A DNA stretch of 56,744 nucleotides, taken from positions 1 through 56,744 of the forward strand of contig DATKZN010000049.1 of NCBI GenBank assembly GCA_035527955.1, written 5' to 3'. The notes beneath the pieces are model-generated. The model ran no database searches, was not told the origin of the DNA, and was given only the letters and a program-made list of their open reading frames with translations. The DNA is from Gammaproteobacteria bacterium. Its GTDB lineage: Bacteria > Pseudomonadota > Gammaproteobacteria > UBA9214. The position numbers and the translations under genes are program-made. This document shows positions 1-9,417 of this stretch, piece after piece (the stretch's first letter is position 1; each line of letters opens with the position of its first letter).

Positions 1-93
1 TCTCTCCAGACCCAGCCGCTGGCGCAGGTGGGTCTTGCCCACCCGCGCCTGCAGGAGGCGCAGCAACGCCTCTTCGATATCGCCGTTCACCAT
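1..93 (-). CDS. 5' end of an unidentified CDS running off the left edge (MVNGDIEEALLRLLQARVGKTHLRQRLGLE...)
   Basis: ATG at 91-93 on the minus strand. The 31 visible codons have almost uniformly G/C third positions, unlike the other frames. Too short for the ORF track or for a family call. Confidence 0.3.
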   Translation of the reverse strand, partial: MVNGDIEEALLRLLQARVGKTHLRQRLGLER

Positions 94-247
94 CGCCCCA
101 TTGTCGAACGCGAACCGTTAATTTTCAATCTGTCAGGTACATCGCCGATGTAACATCAGACCGGGACGATTTGGTATCCTGACCAGACGCGCCAACCGGG
201 CAGGCAATCCCGCAACCATACCCAGAACACTTACCGAGGAGTCGTCC

Positions 248-631
248 ATGAACCTGGAGAAAGTCGTATTCGCATTCTTCATTGTCCTGTCACTGACACT
301 GAATTTCGGTTTTTTCATTGGCGACCTCGATGACCCGAACCACCACAACGTCTACGAACTGTATGCGGCGCTGGTCGTCAGCCTGATCGCCACCATCATG
401 AAATTCGGCGATCGCGCCCATATCGGCGCCGTGCTGCTGGCCACCAGCCTGGTCGCCGACCTGCAGCTGATCGCCGCCACCATCGTCTGGACCATCTCGG
501 AACATGGCACCGGCGCCGGCCTGACGCCCATGGTCATGTCCAGCATCGTCTCGCTGTCGGGCGGCGCGCTGCTCGCCAATATCACCTCGGTCGTCATCCT
601 CGTCACCGAAACGGTCATGTTCCGCCGCTAG
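248..631 (+). CDS. small polytopic membrane protein of unknown function, probably co-transcribed with the downstream K+ channel
   Basis: 127-aa ORF with about four hydrophobic helices (VVFAFFIVLSLTLNFGFFI, LYAALVVSLIATIM, AVLLATSLVADLQLIAATIVW, GGALLANITSVVILV). Its stop lies 15 nt before the channel start. Confidence 0.65.
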   Translation: MNLEKVVFAFFIVLSLTLNFGFFIGDLDDPNHHNVYELYAALVVSLIATIMKFGDRAHIGAVLLATSLVADLQLIAATIVWTISEHGTGAGLTPMVMSSIVSLSGGALLANITSVVILVTETVMFRR

Positions 632-646
632 CCACCGGCCCCGCAC

Positions 647-2347
647 ATGCAGAACGTCATTTACCTGATGTTGCGTCGCATGCGCCTGCCGCTGATCGTG
701 GTGATCCTGGCCTATACCATCTCGATCACCGGTCTGGTGCTGATACCCGGGGTCGATGACCAGGGCAATCCCTGGCGCATGACCCTGTTTCATGCCTTCT
801 ATTTCGTCAGCTATATGGGTACCACCATCGGCTTCGGCGAGGTGCCGTACCCGTTCACGGACTCGCAACGGCTGTGGACCAGCCTCGCGATGTACCTGAC
901 CGTCATCTCCTGGCTGTATGCGATCGGCTCGCTGTTCGCGGTGTTGCAGGACCCGGCGTTTAAGCGTGTGCTGGCCTATACCACCTTTACCCGCTCGGTG
1001 AGAAAGATCAAGGAGTCCTTTTACCTGGTCTGCGGACTGGGCGACGCCGGACAGCTGGTGGTGCGCGAACTGGCCGCGGATCACATCCGCGTCGTGGTCA
1101 TCGATCGCAACGAAGACCGCGTGCAGTCCCTGCATCTGGAGAATTTCCCGGTTGATATCCCGGCGTTGTGTGCCGACGTGGCCGACTCCTCGTCGCTGCT
1201 GGCGGCCGGGCTGGACAAACCGGAATGCGCCGGGGTCATCGCCCTGACCGGCAACGATCACGTCAACCTGACCGTGGCCATCAGCAGCAAGCTGCTCGCC
1301 CCTGAGCAGCAGGTCATCTGCCGCTCCGATACCCATGACGAACAGGCCAACATGGCCTCTTTCGGCACCGATTACATCATCAATCCGTTCGATGCCTTTG
1401 CCGAACGTTTTGCCATGATGTTCCAGTCACCCAGCATGTTCCTGGTCTATGAATGGATGACCAGCATACAGGAGACGCCGCTGCGCGAGTTCGTCGCACC
1501 ACCGCGCGGAACCTGGGTCGTGTGCGGCTTTGGCCGCTTCGGCAAGGCCGTGCAGAAGAGCCTGTCCTTCAAGGGTATCCGGACTGTCATCGTCGAGCTG
1601 GATATAAAGACCACCGCGGCGCCGGAAGGCACCATCGAGGGCCGCGGCACGGAGGCCATCACCCTTTACGAGGCCGGCATCGAGCACGCCGAGGGCGTTA
1701 TTGCCGGCACCGATGACGATGCCAACAACCTGTCCATCATCATGACCGCGCGCGATATGAACAAAAACCTGTTCACCGTGGCGCGCCAGAACCTGAGTAA
1801 CAATGACGGTATTTTTGCTGCCGCGAACATCGACCTGATCATGAAGTCCGGCACGATCATTGGTCGCCGCATCCTCGACCTGATCACCAACCCCTTGCTG
1901 ACCAATTTTCTGCGTCTGGCCAGAACACAGAACGAGAAATGGGCAAACATACTGGTGAGTCGCGTCGCCGGCATCCTGACTGACCAGACACCGGAAACCT
2001 GGACACTGACGATCTCGGACCAGGGCGCGCCCGCATTGCATGAGGCCTTCCGCAAGGACCAGAAGGTCTCCTTGCGCCATCTCACCACGGACCCGCGCGA
2101 AGTCGCCCAGCGACTGCCCTGCGTGCCGCTGTACCTGGTGCGCGCCGACCAGAGCGAACTGTTGCTGCCGGAGGACGACACCCTTCTGCACGACGGTGAC
2201 CGGCTGCTGTTCTGCGGGCGTCGTCACGCTGAAATCCACATGCTCTGGACTGCAAATAACCATCATGCACTCAATTTCATCTGTACCGGCCACGACCGCC
2301 CCAGCGGCGCCATATGGCGGCTGTTATCCGGCAATGGCGCAGACTGA
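647..2347 (+). CDS. potassium channel protein with two RCK/TrkA-N NAD-binding domains
   Basis: 566 aa. Two N-terminal TM helices flank a pore loop with the K+ selectivity signature TTIGFGE. Two Rossmann GxGxxG motifs are present (CGLGDAGQ, CGFGRFGK). Confidence 0.9.
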   Translation: MQNVIYLMLRRMRLPLIVVILAYTISITGLVLIPGVDDQGNPWRMTLFHAFYFVSYMGTTIGFGEVPYPFTDSQRLWTSLAMYLTVISWLYAIGSLFAVLQDPAFKRVLAYTTFTRSVRKIKESFYLVCGLGDAGQLVVRELAADHIRVVVIDRNEDRVQSLHLENFPVDIPALCADVADSSSLLAAGLDKPECAGVIALTGNDHVNLTVAISSKLLAPEQQVICRSDTHDEQANMASFGTDYIINPFDAFAERFAMMFQSPSMFLVYEWMTSIQETPLREFVAPPRGTWVVCGFGRFGKAVQKSLSFKGIRTVIVELDIKTTAAPEGTIEGRGTEAITLYEAGIEHAEGVIAGTDDDANNLSIIMTARDMNKNLFTVARQNLSNNDGIFAAANIDLIMKSGTIIGRRILDLITNPLLTNFLRLARTQNEKWANILVSRVAGILTDQTPETWTLTISDQGAPALHEAFRKDQKVSLRHLTTDPREVAQRLPCVPLYLVRADQSELLLPEDDTLLHDGDRLLFCGRRHAEIHMLWTANNHHALNFICTGHDRPSGAIWRLLSGNGAD

Positions 2348-2448
2348 ACGGCACCACCGGCTGAATGGCATGTGAAATGCATGGTTAATGTCGTATCCCC
2401 TGAAAACCCGGCCTGCCGGCGGTTGCAGGATCACAAGGAGATCTCGAC

Positions 2449-2673
2449 ATGAAAACACTGGAACTTCAATTGATTACAGTAGGCATGGATGATGGCAAAC
2501 AGGGTATCTTCGTTGGGCTCCCGCTGGTCACCGAACAGACGGCAGAGGACAACGGCCAGGTCGAAAACATCTGGTTTTCCAATGTGAAAGAAGTGCCTGG
2601 CAGCCTGACCATGCAGGAATTGATGCACCTGATTGGCAAACAGCTGTTCGACAAGCTGGCCACCCTGCAATAG
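2449..2673 (+). CDS. hypothetical small protein (74 aa)
   Basis: AAGGAG lies 8 nt upstream of the ATG. Codon third positions are coding-like. A 13-bp hairpin starts at the stop codon. No family recognised. Confidence 0.55.
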   Translation: MKTLELQLITVGMDDGKQGIFVGLPLVTEQTAEDNGQVENIWFSNVKEVPGSLTMQELMHLIGKQLFDKLATLQ

Positions 2674-2706
2674 ACAATAAACGTCAGATTTACGACGTTT
2701 ATTGTC
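2673..2706 (+). terminator. perfect 13-bp stem / 8-nt loop hairpin directly after the 2449-2673 CDS (no U-tract)
   Basis: GACAATAAACGTC-agatttac-GACGTTTATTGTC read directly. The stem is AT-rich and no T-run follows, so intrinsic terminator function is uncertain. Confidence 0.45.
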
Positions 2707-3012
2707 TGGATTCCGTCACAAACTGGCGCCGGGCGGCAGGCATGCCGGTAGCGGAATAACCGCGCCCGCAGCATTACCCGACGGCGCGCAGATGACCCGG
2801 ATATAACCAGGCTGTAACACGGCTGCGGGCAACCCTGTTCAGGCCGACGAACCTGCCCGGCCCGTGACATCGAGTCCAGTACAGACAATCGCCGGTTCCG
2901 GCAGCAGCGCGATACACACCCGCCAATGACCACAAACTTTATCGATTTAGGAACCCGTCATGCAGCCGCACAAACCGGCAGCGCGGAACCGGATGACGCA
3001 GTCCTGCAATAG

Positions 3013-3323
3013 CCGGAACTCTATATCAACCGCTTCCTGGAACACACGCGCGTCTACTATTGCATAAGGCGGGAGATGCCCGGCTCTATCGGGCAAGCGC
3101 CGACCCGATGGAACGCAACCTGTTCCAGCGGGTCGAGGTCGCGTTCCCGATTCTTGACGGGCAGGCCATAACGCGCATACTGGACGAACTGGCCATTTAC
3201 CTGGCCGACAACACCCCGGCCTGGACGCTGCAGCCGGACGGCAGCTACCATCGACTGCAACCCGGCAATGACAATCCGACCAGTGCACAAACGACCTTGC
3301 TCGAGAAACTCGCCGACACCTGA
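3013..3323 (+). pseudogene. ppk: C-terminal remnant of polyphosphate kinase 1 (about the last 100 codons only, with a frame break near 3060)
   Basis: Frame 1 reads PELYINRFLEHTRVYYC. After a 1-nt frame discontinuity the sequence reads GDARLYRASADPMERNLFQRVEVAFPILDGQAITRILDELAIYLADNTPAWTLQPDGSYHRL. Together these match the conserved PPK1 C-terminus (RFLEHSRIYYF..GSADWMxRNLxRRVEVxFPI.D). An in-frame stop sits at 3010-3012 and I see nothing PPK-like upstream. Confidence 0.6.
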
Positions 3324-3388
3324 ACCCTTCGAGCGGTGCCGTCGCATCTGCCCGTCACCCCCGCGCCACCCGGCTGGCCGCTGAACCT

Positions 3389-3910
3389 GTGACGACACAC
3401 ACCCTGCTGTTGCTGCGACATGGCAAGTCCGACTGGCAGGCCGGGGCGGCGGACGATTTCACACGGCCGCTGGCCAGGCGCGGCACGCACAACAGCAAAC
3501 GCATCGGGCAGTGGCTGGCCGAACGAGGCCTGCGGCCCGAAATAATCATCGCCTCACCGGCGGCGAGGACCCTGCGCACGGCAACCCTGGTCTGCAAGGC
3601 GCTGGACATCCCGCCGGAACAGATCGCGCGGGATGACCGTGTCTACCTGGCGAGCAGTCCGACACTGCTTGCCGTGCTCAGGCAGTTGCCACCCGGTAAG
3701 CACACGGCCATGCTGGTCGGACACAACCCGGGCCTCGAGGACCTGCTGGCCGACCTGCTGGGTGATAGCGTGCCGCGCCCGGAAGACGGCAAGCTGATGC
3801 CAACCGCGGCGCTGGCCCGGCTCGAGATCGATACTGACTGGCAGCGGCTCGGTAACGACCGGGCACGGCTGGTCGAACTGGTCCGGGCGCGCAGCCTGGA
3901 TGATCGCTGA
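3389..3910 (+). CDS. SixA-family histidine phosphatase
   Basis: 173 aa with a GTG start. Contains the LLLLRHGKSDW (RHG catalytic) motif, SPAARTLRTA and VGHNPG, typical of the histidine phosphatase superfamily SixA branch. Confidence 0.85.
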   Translation: MTTHTLLLLRHGKSDWQAGAADDFTRPLARRGTHNSKRIGQWLAERGLRPEIIIASPAARTLRTATLVCKALDIPPEQIARDDRVYLASSPTLLAVLRQLPPGKHTAMLVGHNPGLEDLLADLLGDSVPRPEDGKLMPTAALARLEIDTDWQRLGNDRARLVELVRARSLDDR

Positions 3911-3995
3911 CCCCCGCCCCGCGCCGGGATGCCCTGTCGCACATCGCGAATCCTGTATAATCCCGGCTGTTTGACGAACCATCGCGGACCCTGAC

Positions 3996-4253
3996 ATGGC
4001 ACGAGTCAAGATCTACAGTACCGCCAGCTGCCCGTTTTGCGACAAGGCCAAGCAGTTACTGACCAAGTGGAACATCCCCTACGACGAGGCGATGATCGAT
4101 TCGGACATGGCGGCCCGCCGCGAGTTTTCGGTCGCCACCAACGGTGCCCGCAGCGTGCCGCAGATTGTCATCGACGGTGCTTGCATCGGCGGTTTCACGG
4201 AGCTGACCGAGATGCACATGGATGACAAGCTCGATCACCTGGTCGAGAAATAA
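3996..4253 (+). CDS. grxC: glutaredoxin (Grx3-like)
   Basis: 85 aa with the CPFC active site near the N-terminus, plus SVPQIVIDGACIGGFTEL matching the TVPQIFI..xxIGG glutaredoxin core. Confidence 0.9.
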   Translation: MARVKIYSTASCPFCDKAKQLLTKWNIPYDEAMIDSDMAARREFSVATNGARSVPQIVIDGACIGGFTELTEMHMDDKLDHLVEK

Positions 4254-4271
4254 CAGGCCGCCCTTCATCTG

Positions 4272-4607
4272 ATGAAAGACCAGAAGATCTACCGCATTTC
4301 TTTTTACAACCAGGGCAGTATCTACGAACTGCACGCGCACAGCGTCCAGCAGGGCAGCATGTATGCCTTCGTCGAGGTCGAGGGCATCATCTTCGGCGAG
4401 CGCAGCTCGGTCGTGGTCGACCCTGTCGAGGAACGGCTGAAGTCGGAGTTCCAGGGCGTAAAGCGCACCTACATCCCGTTGCAGTCCGTGATACGTATCG
4501 ACGAGGTCGAGCGCGAGGGCAGCAACAAGATCATCGAGGGTGCAACCACGGCCGGCACGGTCATGCCCTTCCCGCTGCACCCGCCGGGGCGCAAGCCGGA
4601 GACCTGA
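4272..4607 (+). CDS. DUF1820-family protein
   Basis: 111 aa. The IYRISFYNQGSIYELHA...YIPLQSVIRIDEV pattern is recognised from DUF1820 proteins. Confidence 0.75.
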   Translation: MKDQKIYRISFYNQGSIYELHAHSVQQGSMYAFVEVEGIIFGERSSVVVDPVEERLKSEFQGVKRTYIPLQSVIRIDEVEREGSNKIIEGATTAGTVMPFPLHPPGRKPET

Positions 4608-4703
4608 ACCGCCCGCACCAGCCCGCCCCGCGCACTTGCCTTATTCAGTCAAGTATCGTCCAATAAGAGTCCAGAATGACAATCCGATCAGCGGAGAAGT
4701 GGC

Positions 4704-5129
4704 ATGGACTATTCCAACATCATCACACCCAAACGCCTGACCAACATGCAGGAAATGGAAGTTCACGTCAGCGGACCCGATGGCGCCAACCGCCTGTTCA
4801 TCCACAGCGGCATGGCCGAGGTCGAGCTCTGCGGCGGCCTGCCCCACCCGCGCTGGTCGCTGGAAATTGTCTGTTTCGACATCGGCCGGAAGTACGACGT
4901 CGATAATGGCGAAAAGGTCATCAATATCCTGGCCTCCGCCGCCCTGGCCGGCAATCGCACGGACGGCGTGGCCAGCTTCGCCGGCTGGCAGATCTTCGGC
5001 GCAGCCGGCGAACTGGACCACTCCGACGGCCGTGTGCGCATGAATATCGCCGCGGGCGCACGCGATACCCAGGCATTCCTGGAGCAGATCTGCTTCCATG
5101 TACACGTCCTGGCCAAGGTCAACGTATAG
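4704..5129 (+). CDS. hypothetical protein (141 aa)
   Basis: GGAGAAG lies 5 nt upstream of the ATG. Third positions are GC-rich. No family recognised. The 3' end overlaps the convergent transporter gene by 11 nt. Confidence 0.55.
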   Translation: MDYSNIITPKRLTNMQEMEVHVSGPDGANRLFIHSGMAEVELCGGLPHPRWSLEIVCFDIGRKYDVDNGEKVINILASAALAGNRTDGVASFAGWQIFGAAGELDHSDGRVRMNIAAGARDTQAFLEQICFHVHVLAKVNV

Positions 5130-6588
5130 CCCCTGACCAGGCATCCAGGTCAATGCCCCAGACACGCGGCAGCACGAAATAGACGAACGCCGTAATCAGT
5201 ATCACTCCCAGCAGGTTCAGCCAGAAACCCGCCTTTGCCATCTGCAGGATCGTCACGTAGCGACTGCTGAAGACGATGGCATTCGGTGGCGTGGCGACCG
5301 GCAGCATGAAGGCGAACGAGGCCGCCACCACCGCCGCCACCATCACCCCGAAGGGATGTACCTCAATGGCCGCCGCCAATGCACCCATGACGGGCAGCAG
5401 CAACGAGGCAGTAGCGGTGTTGGAGGTTACCTCGGTCAGGAAGATGACCAGCAGCACCACGCTCGCGATCACCAGCCACAAATCGATGCCCTGCAGCACG
5501 ACCAGCCGGTCCGCCAGCCACTGCGTCAGTCCCGAGTCAATGAAACCCTGCGCCAGCGCAAAGCCGCCACCGAACAGAATAATGATGTCCCAGGGAATGG
5601 TCACCGCGGTCTTCCAGTCGAGCAGAAATTCACCCCGCTTCAGGTCAACCGGTATCATGAACAGCAGCAGTGCCCCGGCGATGGCGATGGTGGAATCCTC
5701 TACCTGCCGCAACGCGTCCGGCTGGTAGATACCGCGCACTACCCACAGCACGGCAACCGCAAGAAATACCGCTGCCACCTGCTTTTCCTGGCGCGACATG
5801 GGACCCAGCCGTTCCAGCTGGTCGCGGATGAAGGCGCGGCCGCCCGGCAACGGCCCGGTCTCGCTGCGGAACACCACGCGGGTCAGGTAGAACCAGGTGA
5901 TGGCCAGCATGACCAGCGACAACGGCAGGCCAAACGCCATCCACTCGACAAAGCTGATGGTGTAGCCGTAGGTACGCTCCACCACACCCGCAAAAATGGC
6001 GTTGGGTGGTGTGCCGATCAGCGTTGCGACACCGCCAATGGAGGCGGAATAGCCGATACCCAGCATCAGCGCAGTCCCGAAGCGCAGCTCGCCAGGCGCA
6101 TGCTCGATCCGGCTTTCCACCTCGTGCAGGACAGCGACGGCGATCGTGACCATCATCATGGTGGTTGCGGTATTGCTGATCCACATCGACAGGAACGCGG
6201 TGGCCAGCATAAAGCCGAGCACGATGCGCTGCGGTGTTGTGCCGACCACGCGGATCGTGTGCAGGGCAATCCGGTGATGCAGGTTCCATTTTTCCATGGT
6301 CACCGCAATCAGGAAACCGCCCAGGAACAGGTAGATCAGGTGATGTCCGTAGGCACGCGTGATATCGGCGCCGCTCATCACGCCCAGCACGGGAAACAGC
6401 ATGATCGGCAGCAGCGCGGTCGCCGGGATAGGAATGGCCTCGGTCAGCCACCACACCGCCATCAGGACCGCCACGGCGGCGACCCGCAGGCCCACCGGCG
6501 TCATGCCCTCCGGCAACGGCATGGCCAGCAGCGCCAGCAGCAGTGCCGGCCCGAGCAGCAGACCGATCAGTTGCCGGTGTTCAGACAT
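5119..6588 (-). CDS. SLC13/DASS-family anion (sulfate/di-tricarboxylate):Na+ symporter
   Basis: 489 aa and highly hydrophobic, with repeated hairpin motifs (SNTATTMMM and TSNTATASLLLP, each followed by PPNAI), characteristic of DASS permeases. Confidence 0.9.
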   Translation of the reverse strand: MSEHRQLIGLLLGPALLLALLAMPLPEGMTPVGLRVAAVAVLMAVWWLTEAIPIPATALLPIMLFPVLGVMSGADITRAYGHHLIYLFLGGFLIAVTMEKWNLHHRIALHTIRVVGTTPQRIVLGFMLATAFLSMWISNTATTMMMVTIAVAVLHEVESRIEHAPGELRFGTALMLGIGYSASIGGVATLIGTPPNAIFAGVVERTYGYTISFVEWMAFGLPLSLVMLAITWFYLTRVVFRSETGPLPGGRAFIRDQLERLGPMSRQEKQVAAVFLAVAVLWVVRGIYQPDALRQVEDSTIAIAGALLLFMIPVDLKRGEFLLDWKTAVTIPWDIIILFGGGFALAQGFIDSGLTQWLADRLVVLQGIDLWLVIASVVLLVIFLTEVTSNTATASLLLPVMGALAAAIEVHPFGVMVAAVVAASFAFMLPVATPPNAIVFSSRYVTILQMAKAGFWLNLLGVILITAFVYFVLPRVWGIDLDAWSGAIR

Positions 6589-7016
6589 ACATCAGCCTCT
6601 GCTCTGCGACAAGGATGACCTGCCGGAACAGGCCGTGCTCGCGCCGGCAGCAAACTTCCGCATGAAAATGGCTCGCCCGGTTGCAGGTGTTCATGCTCGA
6701 TATGATGACACAGTTCATTCCGCACGGCAGGAACAAACATATTGCCACCCCGACTCGCAGCATCGCGGTCCGCCGGCTCGTATGTCCCATGCAGTTCACC
6801 GCGCAGGAACTCCCGCTGCTGTGTTTCGGACGGTGGCCGCTGTGGCTGCGGCAGCGGGAGGTTTTGATCCGCTCGCTCGCGCGACCGGCAGCCTGGCTCG
6901 GATGGGAACTTTCTGTAGCAGGTAAATGCCACGCGGGGATTATCTGTACCCGCCCACCACGCGTGCAAACGGGGAACACCAGCGACCGCCGGCACTCGCA
7001 GGCCGGCGGCAAGCAT
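6567..7016 (-). CDS. hypothetical protein (weak call)
   Basis: 149-aa ORF with coding-like third positions, best in the C-terminal half (GTYEPADRDAASRGGNMFVPAVRNELCHHIEHEHL). Sits 5 nt after the upstream ORF and overlaps the transporter start by 22 nt. No SD and no confident family. Confidence 0.35.
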   Translation of the reverse strand: MLAAGLRVPAVAGVPRLHAWWAGTDNPRVAFTCYRKFPSEPGCRSRERADQNLPLPQPQRPPSETQQREFLRGELHGTYEPADRDAASRGGNMFVPAVRNELCHHIEHEHLQPGEPFSCGSLLPARARPVPAGHPCRRAEADVCLNTGN

Positions 7017-7021
7017 AACTG

Positions 7022-7267
7022 TTATGCAGCATTCATGCGGATGCGCCAGCGGGCCGGAAAATCCAGGATACCCCGTGAGCGGCGCAATTCGCGCAGGTAC
7101 AACCTTGAGGCACGAAAACCTTCCCGGAACGACAGTTTCATGTATTCGATCCGGTTCAGCTGACCGCCCTTCAGGCCATGCTCGAAACCTGCGCAGAAAC
7201 GCTCCTGCTGCAGCGCGGGTGGTATCCTGATCCCGACATCAGCGGGCTTCGGGTAACGGCTGTCCAT
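7022..7267 (-). CDS. small basic hypothetical protein (81 aa)
   Basis: GAGGTG lies 5 nt upstream of the ATG. The pattern ERFCAGFEHGLKGG...SFREGFRA loosely recalls ribosome modulation factor (RAxxRGYQAGxxG...WxxGWRE), but this is unverified. Confidence 0.5.
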   Translation of the reverse strand: MDSRYPKPADVGIRIPPALQQERFCAGFEHGLKGGQLNRIEYMKLSFREGFRASRLYLRELRRSRGILDFPARWRIRMNAA

Positions 7268-7433
7268 CGCAGCACCTCGTTTTCACATAGCTACAGTTAA
7301 GCTATCGGCTTCGGCGCATGGTCGTTAAATTCCGGCAACTCGCTGTAATAAAGCAGGATATTATTCATTGAAACGATTGAACCGGCCTGCTGTCCATTAG
7401 CAGTACTCCATCAACGCTTTCAGGGACACGCGC

Positions 7434-8054
7434 ATGAAACCATTCCCGCTCCGCCGCTGGCTTCTATCGATACCGCTGGCCGTGCTGGCCGTCACCGCCT
7501 TCGCCGCCCCCGCCGCCCAGGATACTAAAACGGCGACGGCGATCTTTGCCGGCGGCTGTTTCTGGTGCATGGAACCCCCCTTCGACAAACTCGATGGTGT
7601 CATCTCCACCACCTCGGGCTATACCGGCGGCCACAAGGAAAACCCGACCTACAAGGAAGTGTCGCGGGGCGGCACCGGACATGCCGAGGCGATGCAGGTT
7701 GTCTACGACCCGCAACGGATCAGCTACGCGCAACTGCTGGACGTGTTCTGGCACAACATCGACCCGACCACGTCCGACGGACAGTTCTGCGACTGGGGTG
7801 ACCAGTACCGCAGTGAGATCTTCTATAACACCCCGGAACAGAAGCAGCTGGCGGAACAGTCAAAGGCAGCGCTGGTGGAACTCAAGCCCTTCAAGGAACC
7901 GGTCGTGACAGGCATCAGCGCAGCGAGCACCTTCTACCCGGCGGAAGACTACCACCAGGATTACTACAAGAAGAACCCGGTGCGTTACAAGTTCTACCGC
8001 TATGGCTGCGGCCGCGACCAGCGCCTGGAAGAGCTGTGGGGCAAGCCTGAATAG
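7434..8054 (+). CDS. msrA: peptide-methionine (S)-S-oxide reductase MsrA, with N-terminal signal peptide
   Basis: Contains the GGCFWCMEPPF active-site motif, GHAEA, and a signal-like N-terminus (LLSIPLAVLAVTAFA). Confidence 0.95.
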   Translation: MKPFPLRRWLLSIPLAVLAVTAFAAPAAQDTKTATAIFAGGCFWCMEPPFDKLDGVISTTSGYTGGHKENPTYKEVSRGGTGHAEAMQVVYDPQRISYAQLLDVFWHNIDPTTSDGQFCDWGDQYRSEIFYNTPEQKQLAEQSKAALVELKPFKEPVVTGISAASTFYPAEDYHQDYYKKNPVRYKFYRYGCGRDQRLEELWGKPE

Positions 8055-8094
8055 GCACTCGTAATGCCTGCCCGCAAGGGCAGTATCAGTGCCT
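8053..8094. terminator. compound hairpin between convergent msrA and the DUF3096-like gene
   Basis: AGGCACT...CTGCCC-GCAA-GGGCAG...AGTGCCT: an inner 6-bp stem with a GCAA tetraloop nested in an outer 7-bp stem. No clear U-tract. Confidence 0.4.
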
Positions 8095-8271
8095 GAAGAA
8101 GAACTCGATAGTCGGGTTCCGGTAGTGTCGCTGCAGCTTGCGCTCGTACCAGGCAATGGCGACCAGCGAGGCACCCGCCATGATCAGCACCGTGGCCACG
8201 ATAATCGCCAGTAGCGGCGGAAACAGCACCAGCAGGATGCCGGCGAGAATCAGAATAATTCCTGCGCTCAT
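8086..8271 (-). CDS. DUF3096-like small membrane protein (61 aa)
   Basis: Trimmed from the 94-aa ORF to the internal ATG at 8269-8271. Two TM helices (GIILILAGILLVLFPPLLAIIVATVLIMAG) resemble DUF3096 proteins. Confidence 0.6.
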   Translation of the reverse strand: MSAGIILILAGILLVLFPPLLAIIVATVLIMAGASLVAIAWYERKLQRHYRNPTIEFFFRH

Positions 8272-8347
8272 GTCATGCTCCGGATAAAGTTGTGTGCCTC
8301 CTGCTAATATCGGGGCGGTTGTTGGCAATGCAAGGCACGCCAGGCGC

Positions 8348-9382
8348 ATGAAAAAAATCGTCATCCACAAACCCGGCGGCTATGACCGGCTGGTGGTCGA
8401 GCAGCACCCGGATCTCACGGCGGCGGACGACGAGGTCCTGGTCGACGTACGCGCCGTCGGCGTCAACTATGCCGATTGTGTGACGCGCATGGGTCTGTAT
8501 GCCTCGGCCCGACATTACGTCGGCTATCCGGTCACGCCCGGCTTCGAGGTTGCGGGCACGGTCCGCGCCACCGGCACGGCGATCACCGATCTTTCGCCAG
8601 GCACGCCGGTCATTGCCGTCACCCGCTTCAACGGCTATGCATCACAACTCGCCGCTCCCCGTCACCAGGTATTTGCAATGCCCGCCACGCCGGGCTTTGC
8701 AGAAGCCGCCGCGCTGCCCACGGCCGCGCTGACTGCCTGGTATGCGCTGTTCGAGCTTGCCCATCCCCACGCCGGCGATACCCTGCTGGTGCACTCAGCC
8801 GGTGGCGGCGTCGGCAGCATGCTGGTGCAGATGGGCAAGCTCGCTGGCTGCCGGGTAATCGGGGTGGTGGGGGCCGCGCACAAGGTGGATGCCGTTACCG
8901 CGCTCGGCGCGGACGCGGTCATCGACAAGTCCACGCAGAACCTGTGGCGCGAGGCGGAACGCCTGGCACCCGATGGCTATCACGTCGTGCTGGACGCCAA
9001 CGGAGTAACGACCCTCGGCGCCAGCTACCACCACCTGGCGCCCACCGGGAAGCTGGTGGTGTACGGCTTTCACAGCATGCTGCAGACACGGCGGGGATTT
9101 CCGAAGCGCCTGCGCCTGGCCTGGGACTGGTTGCGCACGCCGCGCTTCAGCCCGTTCGACCTCACCACGCACAACCGCAGCGTACTCGGTTTCAACCTGA
9201 GCTACCTGTTCGACCACGGCACGACCCTGCAACGCGGCATGCAACAGATCCTGGAATGGCAGGCCGCGGGAAAACTGCGGCTGCCCGCTGTGACTCAATA
9301 TCCGTTCGACGCCGTCGCAGAAGCGCATCGCGCCCTGGAATCCGGGCAGACCACCGGCAAGCTGGTACTGGTCATCGACTGA
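8348..9382 (+). CDS. zinc-type alcohol dehydrogenase / quinone oxidoreductase family (MDR superfamily) protein
   Basis: Start moved to MKKIVIHKPGG. Shows a GroES-like N-domain (VLVDVRAVGVNYAD) and a Rossmann motif (LVHSAGGGVGSMLVQ). Confidence 0.9.
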   Translation: MKKIVIHKPGGYDRLVVEQHPDLTAADDEVLVDVRAVGVNYADCVTRMGLYASARHYVGYPVTPGFEVAGTVRATGTAITDLSPGTPVIAVTRFNGYASQLAAPRHQVFAMPATPGFAEAAALPTAALTAWYALFELAHPHAGDTLLVHSAGGGVGSMLVQMGKLAGCRVIGVVGAAHKVDAVTALGADAVIDKSTQNLWREAERLAPDGYHVVLDANGVTTLGASYHHLAPTGKLVVYGFHSMLQTRRGFPKRLRLAWDWLRTPRFSPFDLTTHNRSVLGFNLSYLFDHGTTLQRGMQQILEWQAAGKLRLPAVTQYPFDAVAEAHRALESGQTTGKLVLVID

Positions 9383-9417
9383 CCGGCGCCACGGCGGGCG
9401 GGCGTCGAATATTGCTG

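Noticed and set aside
290-1336. 348-aa ORF antisense to the K+ channel gene. Similar long antisense ORFs lie at 5356-6618, 10259-11146, 24200-25156, 37793-39115, 40360-42204, 43759-45087, 46342-47343, 47733-48740 and 53500-54633.
   Set aside because: Each lies opposite a gene with clear family motifs. The translations are Arg/Gly/Ala/His/Pro-rich with no motifs. This is the expected stop-codon-poor antisense frame of a GC-rich genome.
6567-7016. An apparent metalloprotease motif in NELCHHIEHEH (SprT-like).
   Set aside because: There is no true HExxH, because Asn sits at the first His position. The resemblance is too weak to name a family.
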